64,000 bases of DNA from an uncultured Candidatus Berkelbacteria bacterium (GTDB taxonomy: Bacteria > Patescibacteriota > UBA1384 > UBA12157 > JAENIV01): positions 400,097 through 464,096 of the forward strand of contig OY969116.1 of assembly GCA_963698075.1 (NCBI GenBank), written 5' to 3'. The notes under the pieces were generated by a model. The model was not told the origin of the DNA and ran no database searches. It worked only from the letters and a program-made list of their open reading frames with translations. Within the stretch, counting starts at the first letter, position 1. Every line of letters begins with the position of its first letter. The position numbers were made by a program, and so were the translations under genes. This document shows positions 1 to 9,969 of the stretch, in pieces.

Positions 1-246
1 GATGATTTTGCCATCATAAACAGCCCAGACCATGTATCCTTGACCCTTGTTAAAATAAGCTAAATTTTCTTTAAGCCACGTCTCTTCTTCGGTGCGGGTC
101 TTTGGCTTACCCGTCAAAGTCAGAAAGGAATCGTCCTCCACTAGTCGGTTAACGAATTCCAAAAGAGAACCCAGCCGTTCCATTGACGGTTCCCAAATCT
201 CAATTTCTCTGCCTTTTTTGGTGGTAAATTTGGCGATTGGTTTCAT
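1..246 (-). CDS. GNAT-family N-acetyltransferase (partial, runs off the window start)
   Basis: Not in the ORF track. Manual translation gives MKPIAKFTTKKGREIEIWEPSMERLGSLLEFVNRLVEDDSFL...EEETWL...YMVWAVYDGKII, a GNAT N-terminal pattern. The ATG overlaps the ddl stop (ATGA). Confidence 0.6.
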   Translation of the reverse strand, partial: MKPIAKFTTKKGREIEIWEPSMERLGSLLEFVNRLVEDDSFLTLTGKPKTRTEEETWLKENLAYFNKGQGYMVWAVYDGKII

Positions 247-1343
247 TTTTCAAAATAAGATGTTTTTAGTTTTTTTTCTTTATCAAAACGCTCTAATGCT
301 AATTGAATTAATTTATCTATTAAATCAGGATAGCTTAAACCGCTTGCTTCCCAAAGTTTCGGATACATGCTTATTTTCGTAAATCCAGGAATAGTATTTA
401 GCTCATTGACGATCAGGTCATTTTCTCTAAGAAAGAAATCAACCCGTGCCATGCCCTCACAAGAACAAATCTTAAAAGATTTTATCGCTAATTCTTGTAC
501 TCTCCGAGTTAGTTTAGATGATATTTTAGCCGGTATTTCCAAAACTGCCCCATTTTCATCAATGTACTTTGCTCTGTAAGAATAAAATTCATCTTTTACT
601 TTGACTTCGCCTGGGATTGATGCGATTGGATTATCATTTCCTAACACCGAACATTCAATCTCTCTGCCATCAATAGCTTCTTCAAATAATATTTTTCTGT
701 CAAAGGCGAACGCTTCTTCAACTGCTTTCTGAAATTCATTTTTATTGTGAATCTTATTTATACCCACTGATGAACCAAGATTTGCGGGTTTTACGAAAAA
801 AGGCAAACCCAGTTGACGTTTTATTTCCTCAAACTCTATTTTTTTGTTTTTGGTAGAAATAAATTTCGCGGTTGGGATCCTGGCCTCTTTAAAAAGCCTT
901 TTCATTACATCTTTATCCATCCCAATAGCTGACCCTAAAACGCTTGATCCAACAAAGGGTATTCCAGCGAGCTTAAATAATCCCTGAATAGTACCATCCT
1001 CTCCCATTGGACCATGTAAAATCGGGAAAACGACATCGACAACTCCGACTGTTGAACGATCTGTATTGTTTAATAATTCCCCCGATTTACCACTTGCTAC
1101 CATAGACACACTCTTTGCCGATGAATTTTCTTTGTTTAGTTTGATTAACTTCGGATCTTCGGAATTTAATAAATATTCCGCTGGACTGTTCAAATACCAT
1201 CGGCCATCTTTATCAATGCCGATAGGAATGATATCGTATTTAGATCGATCGATAGCTTCAATAACATTTTTGGCTGATTGAAGCGATACTTCGTTTTCAG
1301 CCGAAACACCCCCAAATAATACTGCTACTTTAATTTTCCTCAT
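243..1343 (-). CDS. ddl: D-alanine--D-alanine ligase
   Basis: Motifs VLFGGVSAENEVS, LHGPMGEDGTIQG, KPANLGSSVG, NELNTIPGFT, SMYP. Likely start MRKIKV at 1343 after AAAAGGA. Confidence 0.97.
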   Translation of the reverse strand: MRKIKVAVLFGGVSAENEVSLQSAKNVIEAIDRSKYDIIPIGIDKDGRWYLNSPAEYLLNSEDPKLIKLNKENSSAKSVSMVASGKSGELLNNTDRSTVGVVDVVFPILHGPMGEDGTIQGLFKLAGIPFVGSSVLGSAIGMDKDVMKRLFKEARIPTAKFISTKNKKIEFEEIKRQLGLPFFVKPANLGSSVGINKIHNKNEFQKAVEEAFAFDRKILFEEAIDGREIECSVLGNDNPIASIPGEVKVKDEFYSYRAKYIDENGAVLEIPAKISSKLTRRVQELAIKSFKICSCEGMARVDFFLRENDLIVNELNTIPGFTKISMYPKLWEASGLSYPDLIDKLIQLALERFDKEKKLKTSYFEK

Positions 1344-1466
1344 GTATCCTTTTTGGCTTGCGAGCTTGGCGATTGGTTTTTGAGACATTTTTACATTTAA
1401 TAATTCGACGGCGGAACTTGCCGGTTTGCTTTTTGGCATAATTTAGGTAGGATTTTTGGGCCACCT

Positions 1467-1637
1467 TTAAGCCGCTTTGGCTGGTCGGCGGGGAATGCGG
1501 TGACCGGCGGCGCGGGCTTTGGACAAATTGACAGCCGCCTCTTGGCGTTTGCAACCGGCCTTGGTCGGATGACGACCCAAAATCTTCTTGCCGTCGTGGC
1601 TGTAAAGATACCACTTTTTCCCGACTTTTTTGATCAT
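1467..1637 (-). CDS. Small basic hypothetical protein (56 aa)
   Basis: AGAAGGAG SD, and the ATG overlaps the upstream stop (ATGA). Sequence MIKKVGKKWYLYSHDGKKILGRHPTKAGCKRQEAAVNLSK... Confidence 0.65.
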   Translation of the reverse strand: MIKKVGKKWYLYSHDGKKILGRHPTKAGCKRQEAAVNLSKARAAGHRIPRRPAKAA

Positions 1638-2257
1638 TTGGTCTCCTTCTGGCCTGTAACTTGAACCCATTTTGTTTGACCAGAGTTTAAAATACTTGAA
1701 TCGATAATTTTTATGTTTGAATCTTTCAAATACTTTTCAATCTCATCCTTAGTATAATAACTATAAAATCTTTGATATTCATAACCGTAATCATTTTCTT
1801 TAACGATTTCTTCATCAATCCCTTTATTGGATTCTTTAACCGCAATATAAATATATCCCTTAGGTTTTAATAAATCTACCCATTTTTTAATAATTTCGGC
1901 TGCTTTCTTTTTCGGGACATGGAGCAAACATGCTTGCGCAAATACTCCATCAAATTTTCCTTTAAAAGTAATGCCCTCCATATCCATCACTTGAAAAATC
2001 CCTTCTGGTGCGTTTTTCCGAGCAAGCTTAATCATTTTTTCTGAGATATCTATACCAACCACCTTTAAACCTTTGTCTATAATAGCTCTTGACTTAAGAC
2101 CTGAGCCACAACCGATATCCAAAATTTTAGATCCTTTTTTGAATAATGATGCAAATTTCTTTGCTGCCTCAACTGACCAAATGTCATTTTGATGATCTTG
2201 ATTCCAGTCTTCAGCAATTTTATTATAAGTTTTCTTAAGATTTTCTTTATAATCCAT
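1634..2257 (-). CDS. Class I SAM-dependent methyltransferase
   Basis: ILDIGCGSG motif I, GIDISEKM, FDGVFAQACLLH, LKPKG. Likely start MDYKEN. Confidence 0.92.
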   Translation of the reverse strand: MDYKENLKKTYNKIAEDWNQDHQNDIWSVEAAKKFASLFKKGSKILDIGCGSGLKSRAIIDKGLKVVGIDISEKMIKLARKNAPEGIFQVMDMEGITFKGKFDGVFAQACLLHVPKKKAAEIIKKWVDLLKPKGYIYIAVKESNKGIDEEIVKENDYGYEYQRFYSYYTKDEIEKYLKDSNIKIIDSSILNSGQTKWVQVTGQKETK

Positions 2258-2723
2258 ATTTATTTTTTGCAAATATTTTCTTGATAAATTCGGCTTCTTT
2301 AGCAAATTGAGAATGAAGCGGCTTAGGCAAGTTATCTAAAGTAAACCAACCGATTTTCTCAATTTTCTCCGGATCAGCATTTTTGACTTTTTTAGGATTT
2401 ACTAATACCCAGTGTAAATTTTTAATCCAATGGGTCTTTCGACCATTATGTTTCCTCAGGACGTTCGCTGTTCCAAGATACTCAATTTTCATTGGTTTTA
2501 CGCCGTATTCTTCCTTTACTTCACGATTTATGGTCTCTTCAAATGTTTCACCAAATTCCATTGAACCTGCACCGCAATCCCATCGACCTTGCTCGTCGCG
2601 GCATTTGGCACTACGTTTATGTAACAATAAACGATTCTTTGAATCGTGGCACCAGAAAACACAATTGACGCCTATGTATTCAAATCCTCGCTGCATATCT
2701 TTTTTATGATATTTATCTCCCAT
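2247..2723 (-). CDS. NUDIX hydrolase
   Basis: Nudix box GSMEFGETFEETINREVKEEYG. Confidence 0.92.
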   Translation of the reverse strand: MGDKYHKKDMQRGFEYIGVNCVFWCHDSKNRLLLHKRSAKCRDEQGRWDCGAGSMEFGETFEETINREVKEEYGVKPMKIEYLGTANVLRKHNGRKTHWIKNLHWVLVNPKKVKNADPEKIEKIGWFTLDNLPKPLHSQFAKEAEFIKKIFAKNKYGL

Positions 2724-2806
2724 GGCCTTATATTTTTACAACTTTAAATTTACCCTCGGTTTTGTTTTTACTGACAATATGCATATTATTTTAGCCAAGA
2801 AATTTC

Positions 2807-4036
2807 TTAATTCTGAATCATTGTATTATTCACAAGATATGCAGAAACATCGTCGCAACCATAATTAAAAGTTTGTTCCTCGCCCGCCTTCAACACCAAG
2901 CTTATAAGCCGCGATTTATCCAGCAGCCCACAGCGCACATAATAAATATTTGCCGGACCTTCATTTTTTACTTTAGTCTGATCTCTGCCTTTATTGACGG
3001 TCATGACTGCCGATATATCAGCGAGAGCTGAATTATTAAAATTAGCTAAAATTTCCCTTACATATTTTGCGGTCTCAAACTTAGACTCGCGACTCGGTTC
3101 AATTTGGCTGTATTCATACCATTCGTTCCATGAAGTAATGTAAAGCCAATTAGCATTGTTTTTTTTGGCAATCTCATAGCGAGCGTCTAGATACTGTCCA
3201 TTGGAACGATCAACTTCAAAACCTGATTTTTCCAATTTACTCGTTCCGCCAATTAAAGTTGCAATTAGCGCTCGGTTAAGGTCTTTTAAGTGGGCATAAT
3301 GGTTTGAAGTATCGTTAAGACTAATGTACTTATCCGCATAAGTAGTTATCGTCTGAAAATATTTAAAATAATCATCCGATACATCCCAGTTATCTGGCAT
3401 TGCCACATAATAGGCATCGCCGGTGGAAGCTTTAATTTCGTCTAAGATTTTTTGCCAGCGATCCAAATCAATCGTTTGAGGATTATAGACAAAGATAACC
3501 GGCAATCCGTTAAGTTTCAAATAGGCAGGATGTTCTTTGCTCAGATTAATTAAATATGTTAATTCATCAACAAAAGTTTTATTTGCTGCTTTATACTCAA
3601 AATTAATATTTTCATACAAAGGGGTAATTTTGAAATTTAGATATTCATTCGAACTTTCAATTTTCGTCAGCATCTTGATAAATGCTCTATCATTCTGATT
3701 ATCGATCCCATTCCAGGAGAACAAAAAACCATCAAGCCCGATATCCGAGGCCAAAGTAAGTTGATAATCAATTGTCTCATCATCTTGTGGATTATAGGAT
3801 CCGGCTAAAGGATGCTCGGCATCGGTATATTCAGCCCATGCAGGATTTTTATAATACCAGCCATAGTAACTAGCCAGAGCAATTTTATCATCCAGCGTGA
3901 ATTCTTTTTGATTTTTGTTAATAGTTGGTGATGAAGATGGATTTGGTGTTTTTTTGTTATAAATAAAAAACGCGCCCCAACCAGCAACAACTATCAAAAT
4001 AAAAAAGATAACAATTCTAATTAGCCATTTTTTCAT
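2807..4036 (-). CDS. Membrane-anchored glycoside hydrolase, GH99/GH71-like
   Basis: N-terminal TM helix, then YYGWY, GLDGFLFSW and ITSWNEWYEYSQIEP (GH99-type NEWxE..IEP motif). Confidence 0.8.
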   Translation of the reverse strand: MKKWLIRIVIFFILIVVAGWGAFFIYNKKTPNPSSSPTINKNQKEFTLDDKIALASYYGWYYKNPAWAEYTDAEHPLAGSYNPQDDETIDYQLTLASDIGLDGFLFSWNGIDNQNDRAFIKMLTKIESSNEYLNFKITPLYENINFEYKAANKTFVDELTYLINLSKEHPAYLKLNGLPVIFVYNPQTIDLDRWQKILDEIKASTGDAYYVAMPDNWDVSDDYFKYFQTITTYADKYISLNDTSNHYAHLKDLNRALIATLIGGTSKLEKSGFEVDRSNGQYLDARYEIAKKNNANWLYITSWNEWYEYSQIEPSRESKFETAKYVREILANFNNSALADISAVMTVNKGRDQTKVKNEGPANIYYVRCGLLDKSRLISLVLKAGEEQTFNYGCDDVSAYLVNNTMIQN

Positions 4037-4063
4037 TTTTTTGCTTTCTTCAAAAAATATCAG

Positions 4064-6703
4064 TTATCTCCCATGGCACTTCTTATACTTTTTACCCGAA
4101 CCGCATGGACAGGGCTCATTGCGGCCGACTTTGGGGAAAATGCCGCCAGAGGATGTGGTTGGCCGTGATTCGCCGCGTTTTCTAACAGTAACTTCTACCC
4201 CGGAATTAGAGGTATTTTGAACCTGATTTAACACCTCACTCCGTTGAGGTGTTGGATTTTCCGTTAACGGCTCAGGGGGTGAGCCGTTAGAAACGTTCCC
4301 GAAAGTTCCGGCGGCCATTTGTTCATCTGCCCCGCGCATTTGCATCGCCCGCGCTGGCTGCTCAACTGCCAATCTTCGCGGTTGCGGCTGAATTTCCGCT
4401 TTCAATAATATTTCTACCACTTGGGCATTAATATTGCCAAGCAAACGCTGGAATAAAGCATAAGACTCGGCCTTGTATTCGACGAGCGGATCGCGCTGAC
4501 CGTAACCGCGTAGCCCGATTCCTTCGCGCAATAAATCCATGGCATTTAAATGCTCTATCCACATGGTGTCAATCGACCGCAAATAAACCATCCGCTCAAC
4601 ATTATCCATTACCTCTTTGCCAACTCGATCATATTTTGTTTGATATTCCGCCCGCGCTTCATCGTCCATCAAATCCAGGATTTCTTGATGGATGTCGCCG
4701 CCTTCTAAAATCTTTCGCCGTTTTGAATAAATGGCCTGGCGATGTTTATTGGCGACATCGTCGTATTCAACGAGGTGCTTTCGAATATCAAAGTTGTGGC
4801 CTTCAACTTTTTTCTGGGCCGATTCAATAGAGCGCGAGATAAGCGAGTGTTCGATAGGGACGTCATCGGGCAACCTCAAGGTGCTCATTAAATTTTTCAT
4901 CCGATCGCCGCCAAAAATTCTCATTAAATCATCATCCATTGAAACATAAAATTGCGACGTGCCCGGATCGCCCTGGCGACCAGAACGACCGCGAAGTTGA
5001 TTATCAATTCGCCGCGCTTCGTGCCGTTCAGTGCCCAAAACGTGCAAACCGCCGGCTTTGACTACTTTTTCATGCTCAATCTTGTCAAAGGGCGAACCGC
5101 CTAAAACAATGTCCACACCACGTCCTGCCATGTTGGTTGCTACCGTCACGTTACTTGGCCGACCGGCTTGAGCAATAATTTTAGCTTCCCGTTCGTGGTG
5201 CTTGGCATTTAAAACTTCGTGTTTAACCCCCAGGCGTTTGAGTATCCGCGATAAACGCTCACTTTTTTCAATCGAAATTGTTCCCACCAAAAGCGGCTGA
5301 CCAGCTTCCGAGCGTTTTTGAATTTCGGCGGCCACCGCATTAAACTTGGCCTCTTCAGTTTTGTAGATTTGATCTTGTAAATCTTTGCGAATCATCGGCA
5401 TATTCGTCGGAATCACAACGACATCTAATTTATAGATTTTATAAAATTCCTCGGCTTCAGTTTCTGCTGTCCCAGTCATGCCCGCCAATTTTTTATACAT
5501 TCGAAATAAATTCTGAAAAGAAATCGTCGCCAAAGTATCGGATTCCCGCTGAACTTCAACGCCTTCTTTGGCTTCAATGGCTTGATGAAGACCCTCGCTG
5601 TAACGCCGACCAGGCATCAAACGACCAGTGAATTCGTCAACTATAATGACTTCGCCGTTTTTAACAACATAGTCTTTATCTTTTTTATAAAGGGCGTGAG
5701 CAATTAAAGCTTCTTCCAAATGATGGACAAGTTGAATTGATTTTGTATCATAAACAGTTTCCAAGCCCAGCATGCCCTCGACTTTTTTCATGCCAGCATC
5801 GGTGAGAGTGACGGAGCGCATTTTTTCGTCAACTTCAAAATCTCCCGCCTCGGCGCTGTCCGCCTCGGATCGGCGAGACGGGCCGAGTCGCGACGGGTCT
5901 TTTGCCTTTAACTTAGGCACCATCATCGCAAACTGACGATATAAACTGGCCGATTCTTCGGCCGGCGCCGAAATAATTAAAGGCGTGCGCGCCTCATCAA
6001 TTAAAATCGAGTCTACCTCATCAACAATGGCATAGTGTATATCCCTTTGGACCATCTGTTCTCGCGACTGGACCATATTGTCGCGCAAATAATCGAAACC
6101 GAATTCATTATTAGTACCGTAAGTAATGTCCGCGGCGTAAGCGTCTTTTCTCGAAATTGGCAAAAGATTTTCGTATTCGATTGAGACTGGATCAACATCG
6201 CGCTTATTCGGTGTAAACAAAAAAGACGATTCATGATTAATCACCGCCGCCTTGAGTCCTAATTTATCGTAAATCGGCCCCATCCAAGCACAATGAAAGC
6301 GAGCCAAATAATCGTTGACTGTCACCAAATGCGCGCCCTTGCCTTCTAGCGCATTTAAATATAAAGGCAAAGTTGCCACAAGGGTTTTTCCTTCACCAGT
6401 TTTCATTTCCGCGATTTTACCTTGATGAAGAACAATACCACCGATTAATTGAACATCAAAATGTCGCTGGCCAATGGTTCTTTTAGCCGCTTCTCTTACC
6501 GCCGCAAAAGCTTCCGGCAAAATATCATCCAAAGCTTCATCTTTGGCAAGCCGCTCTTTGAATTCGGCTGTTTTTTCTTTTAACTGATTATCGGTTAATT
6601 TTTGATAATCGGCTTCGAGTCCATTTATCTTATCAACCGTTGGCTTCAGCTGACCGATCACTTTTTCATTACTATCAAAAATTTTCCCTAAAAATCCGAG
6701 CAT
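4064..6703 (-). CDS. secA: Preprotein translocase ATPase SecA
   Basis: [39 protein letters not shown] and the C-terminal SEC-C motif [19 protein letters not shown]. Confidence 0.99.
4230..4253. repeat. Palindrome in the secA C-terminal linker (AACACCTCA-N6-TGAGGTGTT)
   Basis: 9-bp perfect inverted repeat encoding PTPQRSEVL. Confidence 0.7.
4265..4290. repeat. REP-like palindrome in frame in secA (TAACGGCTCA-N5-TGAGCCGTTA)
   Basis: Its reverse complement matches intergenic 53466-53491 at 25/26 nt. Encodes SNGSPPEPL. Confidence 0.85.
5844..5897. repeat. Nested GC-rich palindromic insertion in secA (54 nt, 18 codons)
   Basis: Encodes [18 protein letters not shown]. Removing it restores a canonical-looking LKAKDDFEVDEK. 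Contains CCGCCTCGG twice. Confidence 0.75.
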
Positions 6704-6764
6704 TTAGAGTCCTTTCGACCTTATTTTACCATATTTTAGGGTAAAAGAAAACCGGCGAAACTAC

Positions 6765-6793
6765 TTGACTTAGAAACAACAATATGGTAATAT
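6765..6793 (+). promoter_or_regulatory. Sigma70-type promoter for the orphan gene at 6922
   Basis: TTGACT-N17-TAATAT with TG extended -10. Confidence 0.6.
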
Positions 6794-6921
6794 ATCTTAT
6801 GCCCCATAGGCACAATGTTTTGCATTCTGAACAATAGAGGCAATTTGGACAATCTATCTCCTGCCGAACCCTGGCCGTCGGCCAGAGGTTGCCAAGGTCG
6901 CAAGACCAAAAGGAGAAGAAG

Positions 6922-7581
6922 ATGTCAGCCTCTATGTCGAGGAAGGAACAGATCGTCAGTTGGGTCAAAAGCGAGCTTGAAAAAGCTGTCAACGAAACAC
7001 AGGAAATGGCAGCCAAGCTGCGCTATGCCAAGGTGGTGGCTCGAACAGCCGAAGGCCTTGAGGCCCATGCAGAGATGGCTTACCGCCAAATCAAACAAAA
7101 GAAACGCGCTGACTACCGACAAATCGGCCAGATGTGGTTCACCGCCGCCCTGCTACGTCTTCCAGAAACCATGAGATTCCGATTCCACCTCGAGCATGTT
7201 CAAAATGACCCCTTGATTCGTCGCGATGTTGTTATGGGGGCTTCCAACTTTGCCCGGGGGCTCGACATCTACTTCGATGCCGAGCGGATTGAAGCTATGA
7301 GGCTGGGTGTCGAACTTCTCTGTGAGGACAAACAAGTCGCAGATCTGATCAAACCGGTAATCCGTGTGATCAACCTCAAGCACATACTTACCCTGTCTTT
7401 GACCATGGTCGGCATCTCACCAGCAACACTTTCGGCGACAATGATCGAAGGTATAATCAAAGAAACCAAACACCATCCTAATACCGCTGTTAAAGAAATG
7501 CTCGATGGCCTCCTTGAAGCCATCACGGCGGTGGCGCCAACTACGGGCGAGGTGCTAATGACAATCTACAATAGTTGTTGA
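6922..7581 (+). CDS. Hypothetical helical protein (orphan)
   Basis: Long ORF with AAAAGGAG SD, its own promoter and a terminator. No recognisable motif. Confidence 0.75.
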   Translation: MSASMSRKEQIVSWVKSELEKAVNETQEMAAKLRYAKVVARTAEGLEAHAEMAYRQIKQKKRADYRQIGQMWFTAALLRLPETMRFRFHLEHVQNDPLIRRDVVMGASNFARGLDIYFDAERIEAMRLGVELLCEDKQVADLIKPVIRVINLKHILTLSLTMVGISPATLSATMIEGIIKETKHHPNTAVKEMLDGLLEAITAVAPTTGEVLMTIYNSC

Positions 7582-7585
7582 GTCC

Positions 7586-7618
7586 AAGCCACAAGCTCTC
7601 GAGAGCTTGTGGCTTTTT
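7586..7618 (+). terminator. Rho-independent terminator
   Basis: Perfect 30-nt palindrome AAGCCACAAGCTCTCGAGAGCTTGTGGCTT followed by a T-run. Confidence 0.85.
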
Positions 7619-7712
7619 CTATATTTACCTTTCTTTTTCTTTATAGTTCTAAACCGCTTGAGCCCATTTCGTAAATGGTCTTTAATTGGTCAGTTAAAGA
7701 AAAGCGGCGAAA

Positions 7713-8153
7713 CTACTCCGCCGCTGGTACAGACATCGCTCGTTCAAGCTCTTTGCGAGCTGCCTCTTTCCAGGCATCGCATTCAATCATCATCTGATTG
7801 AGAATTTCTACGTAGAGACACCTAGCAAGCTCATCATCATCAATCTCTTTCATCTGTGGAGGCCAGATGAGTTTCAACTTGCCAGTTGCGGCCATTCCAT
7901 CAAATTCAACCCTAATGTTCATCTCGGGAAATGCATCGTCTCCGGTCCAAAAAACAGTTGCTCTCCTAAGCGAAACGAAACAAAGCTCTGTGGTCATAAG
8001 TTTACCGATGGTTTGATAAAGGACCTCTACGGCTCTCTCAATGAGATTCGATTCAACAGCTCGGCCAAATCCAACCCTCGTACGGAAATTCAGCTCAACT
8101 TCCCAACCCACTTTCATTCTCGTACCACAATAAGCCCTTACACCACCTCGCAT
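7713..8153 (-). CDS. Hypothetical protein (orphan)
   Basis: 146-aa ORF with GGAGG SD and an upstream promoter. Confidence 0.65.
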   Translation of the reverse strand: MRGGVRAYCGTRMKVGWEVELNFRTRVGFGRAVESNLIERAVEVLYQTIGKLMTTELCFVSLRRATVFWTGDDAFPEMNIRVEFDGMAATGKLKLIWPPQMKEIDDDELARCLYVEILNQMMIECDAWKEAARKELERAMSVPAAE

Positions 8154-8185
8154 CGTGGTTTCCTCCGGTCAAAGAAACTATCACA

Positions 8186-8214
8186 ATAATATGATATAGA
8201 TAAAAATCTGTCAA
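8186..8214 (-). promoter_or_regulatory. Sigma70-type promoter for the orphan gene at 8153
   Basis: TTGACA-N17-TATTAT on the minus strand. Confidence 0.65.
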
Positions 8215-8244
8215 TCATTTATTTAGACATTTTATCATTAGAAC

Positions 8245-8286
8245 ATTGGAAATTAATTGAAAATTGAGAATTGGAAATTGAAAATT
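8245..8286. repeat. Degenerate 7-nt tandem repeat (ATTGRAA)
   Basis: attggaa..attgaaa-attgaga-attggaa-attgaaa directly downstream of hpf. Confidence 0.7.
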
Positions 8287-8291
8287 TCCCT

Positions 8292-8657
8292 TTAGATCTC
8301 CCCTTCCGCCTCTTCCTCTAATTCCGCCTCGTGATACTTTTGGGGATATCGAGTGCCAATTTTTATCTGCTCTTTATATTTAGAAACTTGTGTCTCAAAG
8401 CGCTCTTCGATTAGATCAATTGAGCCCATAAAATCATTCGTCACTTCTTCAATGTGAATTGGGTTTTTAAGCCCTGGCAGGGTGGCGGTCAAACAAACCG
8501 CTTGATCATTGCCCTTTGGCCCCATAAAATTGCTCAAAACGATCTCAAGAGTCGCTGGCTCTTTAACCATTTTTTCAAATCTTCTAAATCTCTCGTTAAT
8601 GTAACCCCTTAAATTGTCATCAACTTTAAATTGCTTACCAGAGATAGTTATCTTCAT
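8292..8657 (-). CDS. hpf: Ribosome hibernation factor HPF/RaiA
   Basis: MKITISGKQFKVDDNLRGYINERF...DFMGSIDLIEERFETQVSKYK (S30AE pattern). Confidence 0.85.
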   Translation of the reverse strand: MKITISGKQFKVDDNLRGYINERFRRFEKMVKEPATLEIVLSNFMGPKGNDQAVCLTATLPGLKNPIHIEEVTNDFMGSIDLIEERFETQVSKYKEQIKIGTRYPQKYHEAELEEEAEGEI

Positions 8658-9886
8658 CGTTTAATTTCCTTAAAATCAACATATTTCAGTAAAACTTCCG
8701 GCACTTTCACCGAACCATCCTTTTCTTGGTAGTTTTCCAAAATCGCAATCAGCATCCGGCCGATAGCGACGGCGGTGCCGTTGATAGTGTGGACGAATTC
8801 ATTTCCTTTTTCTGATTTATAGCGAATACTTAAACGCCTCGCTTGGAAATCAGTGCAGTTAGACGCCGAATGAGTCTCGCGATACTTACCCTGCCCCGGC
8901 AACCAAGTTTCGATATCAATGGTTTTGGCCGCCGGCATTCCTAACTCGCCGGCACAAAGTTTGACGACGCGATATGGCAGCTCCAATCCTTTCATGATTT
9001 TTTCTTCAAGCTCCACTATCAAACCAAGTTCTTTTTCAGAATCTTTGGATTCACAAAAGGTAAACATTTCGAGTTTATCAAATTGATGAACGCGAAATAT
9101 GCCGTGAGTATCCTTGCCATATGAGCCAGCTTCGCGCCTCAAACAAGTTGAAAAAGCCACAAATCGCTGCGGTAGATCTCGCAATATTTCATTAGCATAA
9201 TACGGCAAGATTGATTGTTCGGATGTGCCCACGGCCACCATTTCGTCATTTTTCATGTGATAGGCGTCGTCATTGGTGGCTTCAAAATGACCCGAGCCCC
9301 AAGCCATATCATTTTTAATCAAAATCGGCGGAATCATGGCTCGAAATCCCTCTTTTTTAATTATTTCCATCGCGTATTGAATCAAAGCAAACTCGAGCTC
9401 GACTGCTTCATTTTTTAGATAATAAAATCTTGAGCCAGAAACTTTGCTGGCCCGTTCGATATCGATAAGGTCCAATTTTTTACCAATTTCTACATGATCA
9501 TTACCTTTTTTGAGTCCGATTTTGCCGACTGTTTTGATTATTTCATTTTGCGACTCATCTTTGCCTTCCGGAACATCGGAAAGGGGAATGTTGGGAATTT
9601 TGACAGCCTCAATTTTAAAATTTTCCTCCGCTTCAGCCAGTTGCGGCTCAAGATCTTTGAGCATTTTTTTAATTTCCTTTGCTCGATCGGTGCGTCGGCT
9701 GACGGACTTCCCCTCCTTGGCCATTTTGTTGTGGGCGGCCCTAAGCATCTCAATCCGCGCCATCAAGCCCCGCCGCTCCTCATCCAACTCCAAAACCTTA
9801 TCCACATCACATTTAAACTGGCATTTTTGAGCAATATCCTTTTTTACTTCCTTCAAATTTTCCCGAACATATTTTATATCAAGCAT
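8654..9886 (-). CDS. serS: Serine--tRNA ligase
   Basis: MLDIKYVRE start, GTSEQ, CLRREAGSYGKDTHGIFRVHQFDKLE, SNCTDFQARRL. Confidence 0.98.
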   Translation of the reverse strand: MLDIKYVRENLKEVKKDIAQKCQFKCDVDKVLELDEERRGLMARIEMLRAAHNKMAKEGKSVSRRTDRAKEIKKMLKDLEPQLAEAEENFKIEAVKIPNIPLSDVPEGKDESQNEIIKTVGKIGLKKGNDHVEIGKKLDLIDIERASKVSGSRFYYLKNEAVELEFALIQYAMEIIKKEGFRAMIPPILIKNDMAWGSGHFEATNDDAYHMKNDEMVAVGTSEQSILPYYANEILRDLPQRFVAFSTCLRREAGSYGKDTHGIFRVHQFDKLEMFTFCESKDSEKELGLIVELEEKIMKGLELPYRVVKLCAGELGMPAAKTIDIETWLPGQGKYRETHSASNCTDFQARRLSIRYKSEKGNEFVHTINGTAVAIGRMLIAILENYQEKDGSVKVPEVLLKYVDFKEIKR

Positions 9887-9924
9887 TCTAGATTTATTAT
9901 ATCCTGTTATTTTAAAAAGAAAAA

Positions 9925-9956
9925 GGGGCGAATACCGTTCGAACGGTATTCGCCCC
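9925..9956 (-). terminator. Rho-independent terminator of the orphan gene at 10689
   Basis: Perfect 32-nt palindrome GGGGCGAATACCGTTCGAACGGTATTCGCCCC with a U-run on the minus strand. Confidence 0.85.
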
Positions 9957-9969
9957 AGTATGTGCATTA

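Noticed and set aside
1330-1439. N-terminal extension of Ddl, or a small basic ORF (…KKQTGKFRRRIIKCK…) needing one extra A in an A5 run
   Set aside because: Ddl homology starts at 1343 with its own SD. The alternative peptide lacks an in-frame start near 1439 and cannot be supported without reads or homologs.
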